In this document: in pieces, positions 59,493-64,000 of the stretch
Numbering within the stretch: position 1 is the first letter of the stretch
Layout: every line of letters starts with the position of its first letter
DNA from: Octopus sinensis
Lineage: Eukaryota
DNA: 64,000 nt
Reading direction: 5' to 3'
Assembly (NCBI RefSeq): GCF_006345805.1
Contig: NC_043016.1
Location: forward strand, 28,706,001 to 28,770,000
Made by a program: the position numbers and the translations under genes
The notes under the pieces: model-generated
The model's database searches: none
The model's input: the letters and a program-made list of their open reading frames with translations, nothing else
Told to the model about the DNA's origin: nothing

Positions 59493-62013
59493 TGTGTGTG
59501 TTTGCGTCTGTGTTTGTCCTCCTAGCATTGCTTGACAACCGATGCTGGTGTGTTTATGTCCCCGTCACCTAGTGGTTCGGCAAAAGAGACCGATAGAATA
59601 AGTACTGGGCTTACAAAAGAATAAGTTCCGGGGTCGAGTTACTCGATTAAAGGCGGTGCTTCAGCATGGCCGCAGTCAAATGACTGAAACAAGTAAAAGA
59701 GTAAGAGTATACACAAGAAACACACACACACACCGTGTGGTTGAGAAACTTGCTTCACAATGATGTGTCCTTAGGTTCAGTACTACTGTGTGGAACCTCA
59801 AGCAAGTGTCTTCTATAGCCTCAGGCCAACTAAAGCCTTGTGAGTTGATTTGGTACACAAACTGAAAAAAAGCCTGTAGGATGTGTGTGTGTCTTTGTAT
59901 TATATTTGTCCCCCCCCAGCACTGCTTGACAATGATGTTGGTTTGTTTGCATCCCCATAACTTAGTGGTTTGACAAGAAGACCAATAGAATAAGGTAACA
60001 GGCTTTAAAAAGAAAAAAAATTGGGGATCAGTTTGTTCAACTAAATTCTTTGTGGTACCCCAGAATGATTGCTGTCCAGTAACTGAAACAAATAGAAAAT
60101 ATAAACTGTGTGTGTGTGTGTGTTTATATCTGTGCATGTCTTCACTCCAATGCTGTTCATTTAGCACTGATAGTTCTTTTGTCCTACATGGAGAAGTCAG
60201 ACAGTTTAAGTCATGGAATACCTTACTCGACAAATGTGTCAGGAAAAGACTCAGCAGAGTCTCATTTCAGCTCATACCAGTAGGGAGAAAACAGGCATAA
60301 AGTGATAATAGTTTTGAAATTTGGCACAAGACCTGAAATTTGTGGGGAGAACAGGTGATTAAATCAATTATAGTACTTCACTCACTGGTATTCGTTATTG
60401 ACCCTTGGACGCAGGGTAGACATAGTTAACCCTGTCGTGCTGCATTCCTGCTATGGTGAGAACAGGTTAAGCATCGTCTCTGTTAGATTCCCAGTAAAGA
60501 GGTAATGAACAACATGTAGAAGATGCAGCCAATTCCATCCATTGGTTTGTCTGCAGTCATTACTCTTCAGTTGTATATGCAACTGTTTATTTCTTTTCTT
60601 TTTGTTCTGGGGCCCAGATGGAGGATAAAGTTAAGACATAGGCAACTGGGTCTGAGAATGTTAACCATAGCAGGTTTTGAACTTAGAGTATAAAAAGCCA
60701 GAACAAATACTGCAAGTCATTTTGTCCAATGCTCTAACAACCCCACCAGCCTACAAATAATGATGATAAAGGATAGCTGTTGGTATCTAACCTAGAAAAT
60801 ACAAAATGCATAATTAAACTTCAATTTTAGTCTGATTTGTAATTATTATAATAGCAACAATAACTGTGCATTTATATATTTACTTTCAAGGAATGCTGAT
60901 GGGTATTGCAATTCGAACGGGAAGTCCACTTAGCCTTAATATAGCAGAACCTGTTTGGAAACAACTTGCAGGGATGCCTCTGACAATAAGTGATTTGACT
61001 GAGGTTGATAAAGATTTTGTTCCTGGTATGTTTACGACTTTCTTTTTTTTTTTTGTTAATCAGATATTAATACTCAGTATGATGTGCTCTCATACACGAT
61101 GCTTTTTCCTTTTTATTCTGTTTTATTATAGGATTAATGTGTATCAAGGAAATGCTCAATGCAGATCTAAGAAATGCTGACATGCCATTTAGCGTCCCCA
61201 GTGCTTCTGGTCAAGAAATGCAATTATCGATGAAATATCGTATCACTCCCGAAAACAGATCAGAGTACATTAAATCAGCGATGAACTACCGGTAATGTTA
61301 TAGAATAGTTTTTAATTTAATCAATTCTGCTTTGTTAACCCTTTAGCATTCAGATTATGCTGTCAAATGTGATGCTTATTTATTCTCATTGTTTAGAAGT
61401 AATTGTGCATTATCTCATATCTTTAAGATTTTGAAGATCTGCTTACTTATAGAATGACATTGTAGGGTAAATGTGAGAGGTTGGATCTGGCCAGTTTGAA
61501 CCTAAAACAAGCAGAATATTTGGGCCAGTTTAAATGTTAAAGGGTTAAACGAGTAGGGTATGTGCTTTTTTTTTTTCTTTTTCCTGTGTCCACATTGAAA
61601 ATTTTAAACTCTTTTGTAATTATGTAAGACAACATGTAGGATGTATGTGTGCATCAATATTTAGAGATTTAACTTTTTTTTTTTTTTTTGTACAGGGTGT
61701 CTCACTGATTGGATACATTTCATTTGTACTTCACAAGATAGGGAGTACTCTTCTAAGCTTGTTCAATCCAATTTAAAATGTGAACCATCATTACAAGACA
61801 CTTGTAATAATCATTTTATTATTGAACAAAGTATGTAAATTGTTAAAATATATAAGCCTCTTGTGTTATACATTTAAAGAACAACTAGCTTCTCAATTCT
61901 TAAACAGGTTGCATGAGTTTGATGACCAAATAAGATGGGTGCGAGAAGGCATGGCCAAAGTTATACCAGTACCGTTACTGTCGCTTTTCACTGGATTTGA
62001 GCTAGAAACTATG
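62..62013 (+). CDS. HERC2: HERC2 E3 ubiquitin ligase, partial gene (30 exons; RLD2, inter-RLD region, RLD3, N-part of HECT); both ends lie outside the window
   Basis: Spliced translation matches recalled metazoan HERC2 motifs ([54 protein letters not shown]). All introns are GT-AG, phases are consistent and exon lengths sum to 5100 nt. Confidence 0.97.
975..1440 (-). mobile_element. 5'-truncated RTE LINE 3' UTR and tail with internal tandem units
   Basis: Reverse complement of the 3' end of the RTE at 25600-26105 (aggaagggcatccagctgtagaaac ... gatgatgat tail). Confidence 0.85.
1628..1771 (+). CDS. HERC2: HERC2 exon 2 ([20 protein letters not shown]...KKVAVHS)
   Basis: tttcag acceptor, gtacta donor; RCC1 repeat. 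Confidence 0.94.
2233..2323 (+). CDS. HERC2: HERC2 exon 3 ([29 protein letters not shown])
   Basis: aaag acceptor, gtaagt donor; RCC1 repeat. Confidence 0.94.
2406..3660. mobile_element. Cluster of four piggyBac-type MITEs (TTAA-CCCTTTAGCATT TIR family) with two homologous spacers
   Basis: TIR/TTAA ends at 2406-2622 and 2806-3033; further copies from about 3214 (right end lost) and about 3429-3659. Confidence 0.85.
3895..4105 (+). mobile_element. RTE 3' tail fragment
   Basis: gtgccagtggcatgtaaaagcacc...aggaagggcatccag...gatgatgatga. Confidence 0.8.
4265..4460 (-). mobile_element. RTE 3' tail fragment (inverted)
   Basis: (cat)n followed by ttttccatgctggcatg...ttcctaacaccag. Confidence 0.78.
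4613..4790 (+). CDS. HERC2: HERC2 exon 4 ([25 protein letters not shown]...LKPKQ)
   Basis: tttttcag acceptor, gttaat donor; phase fits exon 3. Confidence 0.92.
5160..5372 (-). mobile_element. tRNA-derived SINE, family B (head aaggcggtgagctggcagaa)
   Basis: A-box and B-box-like head (gagttcaaatt) and central gtcgactttgcctttcatcctttcgggg; further copies at about 5760-5965 (+), 12329-12545 (+), 20845-20998 (-), 38110-38300 (+). Confidence 0.75.
6026..6279 (+). CDS. HERC2: HERC2 exon 5 ([20 protein letters not shown]...GVWTW)
   Basis: tttacag acceptor, gtaagt donor. Confidence 0.95.
6410..6630 (+). mobile_element. Young RTE 3' tail fragment
   Basis: Close match to 25921-26105, retaining CpGs and the (gat)n tail. 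Confidence 0.88.
6681..6985 (-). mobile_element. RTE 3' tail fragment (inverted), with another at about 6990-7200
   Basis: (cat)n-...ttttccatgctggcatgggttgg...gcttttacgtgccacc. Confidence 0.82.
7424..7568 (+). CDS. HERC2: HERC2 exon 6 ([11 protein letters not shown]...VTDTGQ)
   Basis: ttacag acceptor, gtgagt donor. Confidence 0.95.
7611..7840. mobile_element. piggyBac-type MITE (CCCTTTAGCATT family); other copies at 15725-15928, 20803-21180, about 35030-35714, 52703-52921, about 53200-53402, about 54750-54970, 61335-61548
   Basis: Shared internal sequence of about 210 bp; most copies bounded by TTAA-CCCTTTAG ... CTAAAGGG-TTAA. Confidence 0.85.
8170..8330 (-). mobile_element. Probable Penelope-like terminal-repeat fragment (family C) with a hammerhead-like motif
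   Basis: Minus strand reads tttCTGTGGA-a-GAGCggagGCTC-GAA-ACGT-T-aaa at 8235-8268; PLE assignment inferred from this motif. Confidence 0.5.
8880..9105 (+). CDS. HERC2: HERC2 exon 7 ([15 protein letters not shown]...RDPLGSTLL)
   Basis: tttcag acceptor, gtaaaa donor; end of RLD2. Confidence 0.95.
9159..9545 (+). mobile_element. tRNA-derived SINE, family A (head ggcgcaggagtggctgtgtggtaag); other copies at 14394-14792 (-), about 19211-19375 (+), about 36013-36293 (-), about 50030-50375 (+), 59281-59708 (+), about 59735-60090 (+)
   Basis: A-box tggctgtgtggt, B-box ggttcagtccc, internal (TA)/(TG) microsatellite, 3' end gactgaaacaagtaaaaga. Confidence 0.85.
9551..10276 (-). mobile_element. 5'-truncated Penelope-like element (family A) with a GIY-YIG C-terminal remnant and an inverted pseudo-LTR
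   Basis: Minus strand 10052-9855 translates [42 protein letters not shown]...IWELVL, resembling a PLE endonuclease C-terminus. Inverted arms; probable TSD aaacaa(a/g)taaaagataa at 9529-9545 and 10277-10293. Confidence 0.85.
10880..11048 (+). CDS. HERC2: HERC2 exon 8 (...[12 protein letters not shown]...ALQIKYA)
   Basis: accag acceptor, gtgagt donor. Confidence 0.92.
11739..12045 (+). mobile_element. tRNA-derived SINE (family C) inserted into an RTE tail
   Basis: Head gtggaggcacatggcctagtggttagagc...ggttcgaatc; perfect 14-bp TSD acactctgtaaagt at 11725-11738 and 12046-12059; related head at 31329-31508. Confidence 0.88.
12633..12852 (+). CDS. HERC2: HERC2 exon 9 ([10 protein letters not shown]...SSHSD)
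   Basis: tgtag acceptor, gtaagt donor; low-conservation linker, phase consistent. Confidence 0.88.
14001..14300 (+). CDS. HERC2: HERC2 exon 10 (TFCPGE...ATSIIAET...[21 protein letters not shown]...AYPQ)
   Basis: ttacag acceptor, gtaagt donor. Confidence 0.92.
15225..15378 (+). CDS. HERC2: HERC2 exon 11 ([17 protein letters not shown]...HVKIP)
   Basis: gtgcag acceptor, gtcagt donor. Confidence 0.94.
16040..16720 (+). pseudogene. Old degraded RTE reverse transcriptase fragment
   Basis: [21 protein letters not shown]...LDEIQFSFG resembles [21 protein letters not shown]...LDEMQFGF of the RTE copies. Confidence 0.75.
17158..17265 (+). CDS. HERC2: HERC2 exon 12 ([26 protein letters not shown]...VRS)
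   Basis: atacag acceptor, gtataa donor. Confidence 0.94.
17899..18189 (+). CDS. HERC2: HERC2 exon 13 ([16 protein letters not shown]...ACAQLSSL)
   Basis: tttcag acceptor, gttagt donor. Confidence 0.95.
18261..18484. mobile_element. Tc1/mariner-type MITE
   Basis: TIRs tcgggttgtccggaaagttc / gaactttccagacaacccaa, flanked by TA on both sides. Confidence 0.85.
18900..18972. repeat. (TG)n/(TA)n microsatellite; similar tracts near 13900-13963, 19930-19988, 29995-30050, 32268-32290, 59453-59500
   Basis: Direct reading. Confidence 0.9.
19766..19908 (+). CDS. HERC2: HERC2 exon 14 ([13 protein letters not shown]...TPTM)
   Basis: ttccag acceptor, gtaatt donor. Confidence 0.92.
21294..21419 (+). CDS. 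HERC2: HERC2 exon 15 ([27 protein letters not shown]...SPFFK)
   Basis: ttgtag acceptor, gtaagc donor. Confidence 0.95.
22654..26105 (+). mobile_element. Near full-length RTE-clade LINE, copy 1 (APE endonuclease + RT + PHD-like finger; inactivated)
   Basis: APE motifs ([30 protein letters not shown]) and RT motifs ([27 protein letters not shown]). Premature stops at 23794, 25144 and 25360; tandem-repeat 3' UTR; (gat)n tail. The 5' UTR may extend to about 21700. Confidence 0.93.
26285..26596 (+). pseudogene. GIY-YIG endonuclease remnant of a Penelope-like element (family B)
   Basis: [17 protein letters not shown]...[12 protein letters not shown]...WKIL...Y...CSLCINE matches the PLE endonuclease pattern. 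Confidence 0.85.
27226..28317 (+). mobile_element. Internally deleted piggyBac element with transposase remnant
   Basis: TTAA-CCCTTTTGTTACC ... GTAACGAAAGGG-TTAA. About 27610-27980 encodes an acidic N-terminus then [22 protein letters not shown] and a frameshifted IIMGIRKLP, typical of PGBD transposases. Confidence 0.88.
29655..29781 (+). ncRNA. Variant minimal hammerhead ribozyme motif (CCGAAGA core, 92-nt stem II insert)
   Basis: ATCT-CCGAAGA-GGCC-[92 nt]-GGCC-GAA-ACAGCTGT-A-AGAT. Confidence 0.65.
30500..30830. repeat. Degenerate minisatellite (units of about 90 bp) with nested 15-mer GCTTTGAGAAGTCAT x3
   Basis: Repeated ctctctc...agtgg/gac...catgctttgagaagac blocks. Confidence 0.8.
32291..34797 (+). 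mobile_element. 5'-truncated RTE-clade LINE, copy 2 (RT with YADD, PHD-like finger, one frameshift near 33130)
   Basis: Highly similar to copy 1 from about 23768 onward; begins right after a (TA)n tract and ends in a (gat)n tail. Confidence 0.93.
35224..35665 (-). mobile_element. PLE family A truncated copy with inverted pLTR, inserted into a piggyBac MITE
   Basis: Palindromic arms; perfect 15-bp TSD aatgaaaatgcatta at 35209-35223 and 35666-35680. Confidence 0.88.
35780..36005 (-). pseudogene. Degraded RTE fragment
   Basis: Minus strand [35 protein letters not shown] resembles [35 protein letters not shown]. Confidence 0.75.
40521..40966 (-). mobile_element. PLE family A truncated copy with inverted pLTR
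   Basis: Palindromic arms; 14-bp TSD with one mismatch, tatctag(t/c)cttctt, at 40507-40520 and 40967-40980. Confidence 0.88.
40595..40640 (-). ncRNA. Intact minimal type I hammerhead ribozyme motif
   Basis: Minus strand: GACAC-CUGAUGA-A-GGCUG-GAGGGUAUAU-CAGCC-GAA-ACGU-U-GUGUU; stems I and II pair and stem III is the palindrome ACGU. Confidence 0.85.
44893..45164 (+). CDS. HERC2: HERC2 exon 16 ([12 protein letters not shown]...WAWFRRYC...LLWLN)
   Basis: tttgcag acceptor, gtagaa donor; continues exon 15 in phase 0 across the 23.5-kb intron. Confidence 0.95.
46171..46474. mobile_element. hAT-type MITE
   Basis: TIRs caggcctggccaac / gttggccggccctg with perfect 8-bp TSD atttagag. Confidence 0.92.
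48066..48294. mobile_element. piggyBac MITE, second family (CCCTTTCGTTAC / CCCTTTTGTTACC); other copies at 55198-55415 and 58198-58419
   Basis: TTAA TSDs and a shared body of about 220 bp; same TIR pair as 27226-28317. Confidence 0.88.
48852..49050 (+). CDS. HERC2: HERC2 exon 17 (RPDDWTLS...[12 protein letters not shown]...ANGK)
   Basis: ctacag acceptor, gttgta donor; start of RLD3. Confidence 0.95.
49168..49382 (+). CDS. HERC2: HERC2 exon 18 ([13 protein letters not shown]...GKLGHGIK)
   Basis: cttag acceptor, gtgagt donor. Confidence 0.95.
49774..49951 (+). CDS. HERC2: HERC2 exon 19 ([11 protein letters not shown]...TKPKL)
   Basis: tttcag acceptor, gtatgg donor. Confidence 0.95.
50845..50968 (+). 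CDS. HERC2: HERC2 exon 20 ([20 protein letters not shown]...YGKL)
   Basis: ttacag acceptor, gtaagt donor. Confidence 0.95.
51081..52266. repeat. 302-bp near-perfect inverted repeat (arms 51081-51382 and 51965-52266)
   Basis: Direct reading shows about 5 mismatches between the arms; 582-bp spacer. Confidence 0.93.
52392..52521 (+). CDS. HERC2: HERC2 exon 21 ([10 protein letters not shown]...GAVYTW)
   Basis: ttttag acceptor, gtaaat donor. Confidence 0.95.
53749..53888 (+). CDS. HERC2: HERC2 exon 22 ([11 protein letters not shown]...ACTDT)
   Basis: tttag acceptor, gtaagg donor. Confidence 0.95.
54585..54680 (+). CDS. HERC2: HERC2 exon 23 ([16 protein letters not shown]...TALQ)
   Basis: tttcag acceptor, gtaaat donor. 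Confidence 0.95.
55880..56172 (+). CDS. HERC2: HERC2 exon 24 ([12 protein letters not shown]...[10 protein letters not shown])
   Basis: ctacag acceptor, gtaaac donor; end of RLD3. Confidence 0.95.
56240..57041. mobile_element. Tc1/mariner-pogo-type non-autonomous DNA transposon
   Basis: TIRs taccgtaaatcctc(aa)cta / tatactcgaggatttacgata. Confidence 0.72.
56347..56726. mobile_element. Helentron/HINE-like element nested in the mariner-type element
   Basis: actagcagtatc-acccggcgttgctcgggt hairpin end, internal direct subrepeats, acagacacacaactt...tatataaaaagat end; resembles DINE-1/HINE architecture. Confidence 0.6.
57336..57419 (+). CDS. HERC2: HERC2 exon 25 ([11 protein letters not shown]...ELNRIQ)
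   Basis: ctgtag acceptor, gtaagt donor. Confidence 0.94.
57732..57873 (+). CDS. HERC2: HERC2 exon 26 ([15 protein letters not shown]...WKVKFV)
   Basis: tatag acceptor, gtaaga donor; entry into HECT. Confidence 0.95.
58612..58806 (+). CDS. HERC2: HERC2 exon 27 ([18 protein letters not shown]...MFRYL)
   Basis: tttcag acceptor, gtaacc donor; HECT N-lobe. Confidence 0.96.
60891..61025 (+). CDS. HERC2: HERC2 exon 28 ([13 protein letters not shown]...DKDFVP)
   Basis: ttcaag acceptor, gtatgt donor. Confidence 0.95.
61132..61291 (+). CDS. HERC2: HERC2 exon 29 (LMCIKEM...VPSASGQE...AMNY)
   Basis: tatag acceptor, gtaatg donor. Confidence 0.93.
61908..62013 (+). CDS. HERC2: HERC2 exon 30 (LHEFDDQ...[15 protein letters not shown])
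   Basis: aaacag acceptor, gtaagt donor; no further HERC2 exon seen up to 64000. Confidence 0.95.
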
Positions 62014-62959
62014 GTAAGTATTTTTAATTATAAATGTACTAATTACATTGTATAGTTAATTTTGTTCAATAAAGTTAAGATACTTAATTTTTTAAAAACC
62101 GTAAAAGCTAATAATTTTAATTAGCTTTCATTCATATTAAATGTTGTTGTTTTTTTTAAGTTATTACTTCAGTAATATATTATATAATCCATTCTAGCAT
62201 GGAAAGTAATGACTTTCTTGTAAGTAATGATTAAATGAAAACTTCTGTTAAGTGAAATAACATCAGCAAATTTTTAGATTTTATATTTGTATTTCCTATG
62301 CTGTTAATATATTCTTCATTTCAGTGTTTTTTTTCTTTTTCTTGTACTTTGAAAGTGTACTCAGTTGTTCTCTAAAATGCTCGGTATAACAGCAAAAATT
62401 GCTCAGAACACAGTTTCAAATTGCAATACTGTGTTATTGCAAAAAATGTTACTCTCAAAACTGTGTTCTAAAATTTAGCATATATCAAATAAAGAGTTTA
62501 ATGCAAGGAATTTTCAGAAATTTATTTTTAAATACCCTGTTTTTTATTTCTTAAAAAGAAGTACCTTTGAAAGAAGTTAACTAAAAGACATTCATTCTGT
62601 AGAAAAAGGTTTGTGTGGTGCATGTCCATAGGGATCTTGTATTGTAGAAGCTCTGATCATTAGAGTGTCCTTTTCTATTTTTTAACCTTCCTGAAAAGAT
62701 TCTATAGAACTGTACTTCAGTGTATAAATATGGAAGTTAAGAAGACGTTTTGCATTATGGAATTACCTCATTTTGACAAAAAGCTAACGGTGATGCAACC
62801 ATTCAGGCCTATGGAATTTGTATATTTTTTTGTACATGATTTTATGCTTTTTATTCGTTTTCATAACATTAAAGAAATTGGATCAAAGTGCTCTGTCTAA
62901 GAAACAAAGCAATACTTTTAGATCTATTTCTCAAAATACAAAGCAGATTTCCGTGGTTC

Positions 62960-63175
62960 ATCATCATCATCATCGTTTAGCGTCCGTTTTCCATGCTGGC
63001 ATGGGTTGGACGATTCAACTGGGGTCTGGGAAGCCAGAAGGCTGCACCAGGCCCAATCTGATCTGGCAATGTTTCTACAGCTGGATGCCCTTCCTAGCGC
63101 CAACCACTCCGTGAGTGTAGTGGGTGCTTTTTACGTGCCACCGGCACAGGTGCCAGACGAGGCTGGCAAACAGCC
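62960..63175 (-). mobile_element. Young RTE 3' tail fragment
   Basis: (cat)n-cgtttagcgtccgttttccatgctggc...gtgccaccggcacagg. Confidence 0.88.
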
Positions 63176-64000
63176 ATATTTTCTGCTCAGTATCATTCAA
63201 TTGTAATTGACAAAAGATAACGTTGCCTGATACTGAAAAATTAGTTGAATATATTCTGAAATCTTCATATAGCATGCCCATATAAAGATACAACACTGGC
63301 TCCTTGTTACTTTCCATTAGTTTATACAGGGCCTACTTAACTCTGAACCAGGAGAACCAGTTCGCATGACATCAGAGCATGTTCACACCCAGATGGGTCT
63401 GTGGAATACATATCTAAGGGCCAGCTCAACTGTGGGTCCTGTATACCTTAGCAGCTACAAGACTATATTCTGCTACTTCACCCATAACTGGAACCATTGT
63501 CAGTTACTACTACCCAGGAGTAGTGCTGACTGAAGGATAACTCCCTACTCCTGAAATCCTGTGTTACAACCTCACCATGTTTTGTCCAAATGAAATATAT
63601 TAATAATGTTGTGAATTGATTGGATGAAAATAATTATATTCCTCCATTTAAATATCACCAGAGTTGGCTATTGGCTTTTACCCTCCTCTGCTACATAAAA
63701 TAATAGAGATAGCAATTCCTTTCCTCCCCTCTAATGCCTTACAGTTGATGGATGAAAGATCTGGGGAAGGGTGACAATTAAACATTTCTTTCTACTGGAT
63801 GAATGTCAAATTGATTTCTTTGGAATAAATACTATTATTTGGTTATTTCTAAATTGTTTTCTAAATGACTATTATTTGAAAATTTCTGAAGATTTCCTTG
63901 CCATTGCTCTTTGGTAACCAAGTGGTTACCAACTTAAAATTTGTTACCTCTAAAATGCCTCCTCCAGCATACGGTTGGGTCAGTTTTGTTTTTTCATACT

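Noticed and set aside
60426-60470. 45-bp TTAA-bounded mini piggyBac
   Set aside because: The inverted match is only about 5 bp and there is no second copy, so it is consistent with chance.
60752-60842. Box C/D snoRNA (ATGATGA ... CTGA with tacaaa/tttgta stem) upstream of exon 28
   Set aside because: The C box lies in an (ATA/ATG) tract beside a reversed SINE head, and I found no antisense guide; the aggatagctg match to 28S is in the sense orientation.

Overview
AT-rich animal genomic DNA whose repeat content resembles octopus or another coleoid cephalopod (species assignment is inference). One gene spans the window on the + strand: the 3' part of the giant E3 ubiquitin ligase HERC2. I traced 30 GT-AG exons from 62 to 62013, totalling 5100 nt (1700 codons) with consistent phases. 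They encode RLD2, the inter-RLD region, RLD3 and the N-terminal part of the HECT domain; the remaining exons lie outside the window. The introns, especially a 23.5-kb intron (21420-44892), hold two large RTE-clade LINE copies with a PHD-type zinc finger inside the RT and many of their 3' tails. They also hold tRNA-derived SINEs, piggyBac, mariner and hAT MITEs, a Helentron-type element and three families of Penelope-like elements (PLEs). The most striking signal is a set of minimal hammerhead ribozyme motifs in the PLE terminal repeats. One is fully intact, antisense to HERC2, at 40595-40640; two are core variants, one with a 92-nt stem II insert; and every copy in the HERC2 sense orientation has a core change. 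Other highlights are a 302-bp near-perfect inverted duplication in intron 20 and a CpG-retaining stretch of about 8 kb inside the big intron. Comparisons to human HERC2 are from memory, not from an alignment.
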